Part shown: piece by piece, positions 39,520 to 45,335 of the stretch
Position numbering within the stretch: the first letter of the stretch is position 1
Layout of the letters: every line of letters begins with the position of its first letter
Source: Scenedesmus sp. PABB004
Taxonomy: Eukaryota
Assembly (NCBI GenBank): GCA_014905635.1
Contig: JABVCE010000048.1
Span: 62,001-107,335, forward strand
Direction of reading: 5' to 3'
DNA: 45,335 nucleotides
Position numbers and translations under genes: made by a program
Notes under the pieces: model-generated
What the model saw: only the letters and a program-made list of their open reading frames with translations
The model's database searches: none
Told to the model about the DNA's origin: nothing

Positions 39520-42500
39520 GCTGGGGGCCGGCCGGCAGGACCGCGAGGGGCCCACGGGCGGCGCCGTGGCCATGCAGCTGGACCAGCAGCCCGAGCAGCA
39601 GCAGCAGCAGCAGCAGCAGGAGTCACCGCAGCAGCAGGCGCGGCCCGAGCAGGCGCCCGCGGCGGTGAAGCAGGAGTGGCCGGCCGCCTGGCCCGAGCCC
39701 AGCGGCGCCGCGCTGGCGCAGAACGAGGTGGTGTTCAGCTCCGACCAGAAGCCGCCGCTGCCCGGCGCGGCCAGGCCCGAGGGCGACGCTGCCGCCGCCG
39801 CCACCGCTGCCGCCGCCGCCGGCGGTGGGCCCGACCCCGCGGCGCCGCGCCCGCGCAGCCCCAGCCCGCAGCCGCGAGGCGGTGGCGCGCCGCCCGCGGC
39901 GCCCGCGCCGGGTCAGGCCCGCCGCAAGCCCTCAAAGGCGCAGGCCGCCGCGGCGGAGCGCGCGGCGGCCAACGAGGCGGCCGAGCGCGCGATGGTGCAC
40001 GGCGGCACGCTCGTGGTCTGCCCGACCAGCCTGCTGCACCAGTGGGCGCGTGAAATTCAGCACAAGGTCCATCCCGCCGCCGGCTGCCTGGTCCACATCT
40101 ACCACTCCAAGGTGCCGACGCCTGGTGCAGCCTCGGTGCCCGGCCCGCGCGCGCGGCGCGTGGCGCAGCGGCACGCGCTGCTCACGGCCGCCGCGCGGCG
40201 CGCGCCGCGCGCCGCCGCAGGACAAGGCGGTGTCGCCGCAGGGGCTGGCGGGGTTCACCGTCGTGCTGACGACCTACGGCACCATGGCCATGGAGGCGCC
40301 GCTGAAGAGCAGGCAGGCGGCCCAGCCCAAGAAGCGGCAGCAGCAGCAGCAGCAGCAGGGCGTCGACGGCGCGGCCGGCCGCGGCGGCGACGCCGCGGCC
40401 GGCGGCGGCGACGAGCTGGACGGCGCCGCCGCGGCGGCCGGCGGCGGCCGCGGCGGCCGCGGCGGGCGCGGCGGCGGCCGCAGCGGGCGCGGCGGCGGCC
40501 GCAGCGGCGGGCGCGGCGGCGGGCGCGGCGGCGGCGGTCGCGGCGGCGTGGGCGTGGCCGCGGGCGGCGGGCCGCTGTTCCAGGTCATGTGGCACCGCGT
40601 CGTGTTGGACGAGGCGCAGAGCATCAAGAACGCCTCCACGCTCGCCGCGCACGCGGCGGTGAGCCTGCACGCGCGGCACCGCTGGTGCCTGAGCGGGACG
40701 CCCATTCAGAACGGCGTGGACGACCTCTTTTCGTACTTCAGGCACGCCGGCGCCGCCCCCGGGAGGGCAGTGTTGCCTGTGTGGGGGAGGGCTTGGGCGC
40801 GCGCGCGCGCGGGGGAGGGGGGGGGTGCCTGCTGGGCGTGGGCGCCGCCCGTGCCGCCGCCGCGCGCGCGCCCCTCGGAGCGCCTGTCACCAACCCTCCG
40901 CCCTGCTCCGCCGCCCCCTCTCAAACAAACAAACAACCAAACGGCCAGGTTCCTGCGCTACACGCCCTTCAACACGGCCAAGGCCTTCAAGGCCCACGTC
41001 AAGGAGGCGATCGCCGCCAACCCCGCCAAAGGCTTCCGCAAGCTGCAGACGCTGCTGCGCCTGGTGCGGCCCCGCCGACGCCGCACTGCTGCTGGCGCCG
41101 CGCGCGGGTGCGCTGGCGCGCGCCGCGCCCACGCGCCCATGCGCCGCGCGCAGGTGCTGCTGCGCCGCACCAAGACCACGCGCCTGGGCAGCGAGCCGAT
41201 CATCGCCCTGCCGGAGCGCCGCCTGGAGCTGGCGCGCGTGCCGTTCAGCCGCGACGAGGCCGCCTTCTACAAGCAGGCGCGCACAGCACAGCACAGCACA
41301 GCACAGCACAGCACAGCACAGCACAGCACAGCACCACACCGCGCGCTGCGCGCCCGGCGGCGCGCTGCAACGGCCGCGCTGCCGCGCACGCGCGCCGCGC
41401 CGCGCGCGGTGTCCGCGCCCGACCGACGACGGCGGGGCCGCCGCGCGCCGCGCGCCGCGCGCCGCAGGTGGAGGCCGAGGCGGCCGAGTCGCTGCGCGCG
41501 ATGGCGGACGAGGCGGACGAGGCGGCGCCGGGCGGCGGCGGGCGCGGCGGCGGCGGCGGGGCGGGCAAGAACTACATCAATATGCTGTACCAGGTGAGGC
41601 TGGCAGGCCTGGCTGCATGGACTGGGCGTCTGCCCTGGCACGCGCTGGGCGGCGCGCCGCGCCCGCGCCGAACGACCCGCCGCGCCGCGCCGCGCCGCCG
41701 CAGCTGCTGCGCCTGCGGCAGGCGTGCAACCACCCCTGGCTCGTGCGCGGCGGCCCCGGCGGCGCGCTCGGCGCGGCGCGCGACGGCGACAAGGCCGGCG
41801 GCGCGCCCGCGACGGCGGCCGAGGTCGGCGCGGTGCGCCGCCTGGCGGCCGACACCCAGGCGGCGCTGCTCGCGGCGCTGCAGGCGCGCGGCTGCTGCGG
41901 CAGCTGCGGCGACGTGCCTGAGGAGCCGAGCGTCACGCGCTGCTGCCACGTGTACTGCCGGCAGTGCCTCGCGGCGCGGCTCGAGGGCGCCGCGGGCGAA
42001 GACGGCGCACCCTGCCTCGTGTGCGGCAGCGGCGTGCGCGCCGCCGACGCGTTTCGTGGCGCGGCCATCGAGGCCGCCGCCGCCGCCGCGCCCGCGGGCG
42101 GCGCCGGCGGCAGGCCCGCCGGCAGCGGGCGCGGCGGCGGGCGCGGCGGGCGGGCCCCGCCGCGGCGCTCGAGGCGGGCTGGCGGTCCAGCAGCAAGGTC
42201 GACAAGCTGCTGCAGCTGCTGGGCGACGTTCGCGCGCGCAACGCGGGCGCCGCGGGCGCGGCGGCGGCGGCCGCCGCCGCCGCCGCCGCGAGCGCGCGCA
42301 GCGCCGCGCCGCTCGTCGCGCGGAGCAAGACCGACGCGCTGATGCTGGCGCGCATGCGCCGCTCCCGCTCACCCGCCGCGCCCGAGCCGGGCGCCGGCGG
42401 CGCCGGCGCCGCCGGCGGCTCGCCCGCGCCGCCGGGCGGCGGCGATGCGCCCAGCGGCGCCCCGGCGGCGACGGCGGTGCGCGCCCCGAGAAGGTGCTTG

Positions 42501-43397
42501 TGTTCAGCCAGTGGACGGGCATGCTTGACCTGCTGGAGGTGCCGCTGCGCCGCGCGGGGCTGGGCTTCCGGCGCCTCGACGGCAGCATGACCGTCGCGGC
42601 CAGGGAGCGCGCGATCGCCGACTTTGAGGCCCAGCCGGATGTGCTCGCGCTCATCGTGGTGCGCGCCGCGCCGCACCGCCGCCGCGCCGCCGCGCCGCGC
42701 GTATGCGCGGGTGCGTGCGTTTGTGTCTGTGCATGCGTGCGCGCGTGCGTGGCGTGCGTGCGTGGCGTGCGTGCATGGTGTTGGGGGCTCGCCGGCCGCC
42801 CGCGCAGCCGCCGCCGGCCAACACAGGCCGCCGCTGCTGCCGCTGTGCGCGCGCAGTCGCTGAAGGCCGCGGCGCTGGGGCTCAACCTGACCGTGGCCAA
42901 CCACGTGGTGCTCATGGACCTCTGGTGCGCAGCGCACCAGCGGGGGGCCCGCGCGCCGCCGGGGCCGCGCCCGGCGCTGCGCCGGCCGGCGCCGCGCGGC
43001 CGCGGCTCCGGCGCCGGCGCCGCCTGCCCCACCCCGCCGCGCGCCGCGCGCGCGCGCGCAGGTGGAACCCCACGACCGAGGAGCAGGCGATCGACCGCGC
43101 GCACCGCATCGGGCAGACGCGCGCGGTGCAGGTCACGCGGCTCGTCGTCCCCGGCACGGTCGAGGAGCGAATCATGGAGCTGCAGGCGCGCCGGGCGCGC
43201 CAGACCCGCCGCGCCGCGCCGCCGCGCCCCGCCCCGCCACGCGCCCGCCCGCCCTGCGCCCGCGTGTCGCGCGCGCGCAGGACCAGAAGCGCTCCGTCGT
43301 GGAGGCCGCGCTGTGCGAGGGCGACGCCGGCAGCGCCGCGGCGTCGCGGCTGACCATGGACGACCTGCTCTTCCTCTTTGGCAGCGGCCGCGAGTGA
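36121..43397 (+). CDS. SNF2-family helicase-like ATPase with RING finger (RAD5/16-like group; CHR27/28 or Uls1-like)
   Basis: [95 protein letters not shown]...CCHVYCRQC...[53 protein letters not shown]. About 14 introns; frameshifts at ~39017, ~42140, ~42460. Confidence 0.92.
41281..41330 (+). repeat. (GCACA)x10 microsatellite directly after GC donor 41277
   Basis: Direct read of the sequence. Confidence 0.95.
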
Positions 43398-43992
43398 GCC
43401 CAGCGGGGCTCAGCGGGGCCCGGGGTTTAGGACCCGGGGTCAGGGTTCAGGGGCGCGGGCGGCACGCGGCTCGCAAGTTGCTCAGAACTGCAGCAGGCTC
43501 GTGCGCATTCTCTTGACGGCGGGCGGCGTGGCGGCAGGCGCCCGCCGGCTCGTGCGGGGGGCAGGTGGTTGCGCAGGCGCTTTTCTAGTCGCGGGAGGAG
43601 GAGGGAGCCGGGCAGGAGTCAAGGACGCGCAGGCGTGAGCGCGCGGGCTGCCGCGCAAGTTGGCGGCCCTCGTCGGCCGCGACCGGCAACGCGCGCATGC
43701 AGCCCGATTGCCCGCGTGCCCCGCGCCGCGCGTGCGGTCAGCCGCCGCGCCGCGCCCCCTGCCCCTGCCCCGCCTCCCAGCCCGCCGCCGCGCGCCCCCG
43801 CGCGCGCGCGCGCCCACGTCCGCCCCCCTCCCTCTCCCCTCCCTCCCCACACACACCCGCCGCCCGCCGCGCGCGCCGCAGCTGCAGCGGCAGCGCCGTG
43901 CGTCGCGCCGCGCGCCGCAGCTGCAGCGGCAGCGCCCTCGCGCCGCGCTCTCGCGCCGCGCCCTCGCGCCGCGCCGCGCGTCGCGCCGCGCC

Positions 43993-45335
43993 TCAGTCGC
44001 ACTTTACGTTGCGGTAGATCGTGCGCACAAAGCCGGCGGCCGCGGCAAAGCCGACCGCGCCGCACATGAGCGCGAGCGCGGCGCAGAGCATGGACGTGTA
44101 GCCGAAATAGAACGCCGTCTGCAGCAGGCCGCTCATGTGGGTCTTGGTCGCAAAGTAGTGCACCGCGTACAGGCCCACGTAGCCCGCCGTGCTGCCGGCC
44201 ATGCCAAAGCTCGTCCACTGCGGCCGCGCCGCGGCGGCGGGACGAGCGGCGGGGAGGCGTGGGCGAGCGGGGAGGCGGCGTGCGCGGGGAGGCCGCCCCC
44301 GCCGCCCCCGCCGCGCGCGCGCGCAGGCCGCGGCGCGAGCGCCGCCGGGCCGGCGCGCCGCAGGCCGCCGCCAGCGCCGCCGCGCGCCGCGCCGCCAGCG
44401 CCGCCAGCGCGCCCGTCCCCCCCCCCCCCCCCCCACACACACCCCCACACCCCCACACACCCCCACCCCCCGCCCGCGCACCTGCCAGTGGTAGTTTTCA
44501 GCATTGAGCAGGAAGTAGGTCCCCACGATCGTCACGCAGACCGTGACGACGAGGAGGATGGCAAACACGAGGAGCATGAAGCCGTAGACGTAGTAGACCT
44601 TGTAGTTCCAGAACGACGTGAACACAAAGTACATCTGGCCGGCGAGTGAGGTGTGCGGCGAGGGAGGGCGCGCGAGGTGCGGGTGAGGTGCAAGGGAGGT
44701 GCGAGTGGGGAGGTGCGAGGGAGGTGCGAGGGAGGTGCGCGCGACGTGCGGGTGAGGTGTGAGCGAGGGTGCGAGTGAGGTGCGAGTGGGGAGGTGTGAG
44801 CGAGGGTGTGAGTGAGGTGCGAGCGAGGTGTGAGCGAGGTGTGAGTGGGGAGGTGTGAGTGGGAAGGTGTGAGCGAGGGGTGAGTGAGGTGTGAGCGGGG
44901 AGGTGTGAGTGGGGAGGTGTGAGTGGGAAGGTGTGAGCGAGGGGTGAGTGAGGTGTGAGCGGGGAGGTGTGAGTGGGGAGGTGTGAGCGAGGTGTGGGTG
45001 AGGGGCGGGCGGGCGCGGGCGCGGTCGCGCCGCACCTCGATGAAGATCGAACCGAACGGCAGCAGCCCGCCCGCGGCGACGATCGCGGCGGGCGTGAGGT
45101 ACCAGCCGCGCGCGGGGATGGGGCTGGGGATGCGCTTCACGCGGCAGGGGTGGTTGGGCGCGGAGGACCAGTTGCGGCCGAGGATGGTCCCGAGCACGCA
45201 GAGCGGGAGCGACAGGAACGCCCAGAGCAGCAGCACGACGACGATGCTGCCGAACGGGATCGCCGCGAGGGAGCCGTACGCGATGGCGATCGTGTTAAGC
45301 ACCGCGCCGAGGCCAAACACCACGCCCGGGTAGAG
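43993..45335 (-). CDS. Transmembrane 9 superfamily member (TM9SF3/TMN1, EMP70-like); 3' part only
   Basis: PCRVKRIPSPIP; GGLLPFGSIFIE|MYFVFTSFWNYKVYYVYGF; TYFLLNAENYHWQ|WTSF; C-terminus IYRNVKCD* (KXD/E Golgi-retention motif). Intron donors at 45035 and 44481. Confidence 0.95.
44645..45003. repeat. Degenerate GAGGTGTGAG(C/T)G minisatellite filling the TM9SF intron 44636-45035
   Basis: About 350 bp of gaggtgtgag/gaggtgcgag/gagtggg units. Confidence 0.9.

Noticed and set aside
43421..43453. Telomere-like GGGTTTAGG...GGGTCAGGGTTCAGGGG after the helicase stop (also single motifs at ~25146, ~33143, ~38197)
   Set aside because: Only one to three degenerate units each; not enough to call interstitial telomeric repeats.

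Overview
Extremely GC-rich, gene-dense, intron-rich eukaryotic nuclear DNA, most consistent with a chlorophyte green alga (inference from gene content, GTGCGC/GTGAG donors and ...GCAG acceptors). Most long ORFs in the six-frame track are GC artefacts. Manual splicing gives 14 protein-coding genes: an OCA2/P-protein-like transporter (partial), a coiled-coil + WD40 protein resembling PALB2, RBM42, a cardiolipin synthase-like CDP-alcohol phosphatidyltransferase, an hnRNP F/H-type qRRM protein, HAUS5/AUG5, a secreted GH5, an SMP-C2 synaptotagmin, sterol isomerase EBP, an LYR-ApaG fusion, a CA1Pase-like histidine phosphatase, an expansin-like DPBB protein, a SNF2-RING helicase and TM9SF (partial). 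Most notable: (1) the PALB2-like gene, (2) about 14 of 77 inferred introns use a GC donor (AG|GCRCG), (3) the LYR-ApaG fusion, (4) a pre-miRNA-like intronic hairpin, (5) a 29-copy self-complementary heptamer array starting at the GH5 stop codon. Several apparent frameshifts probably reflect assembly errors. No tRNA, rRNA, CRISPR or transposase was seen. All gene models and homology calls were made by eye, without searches.
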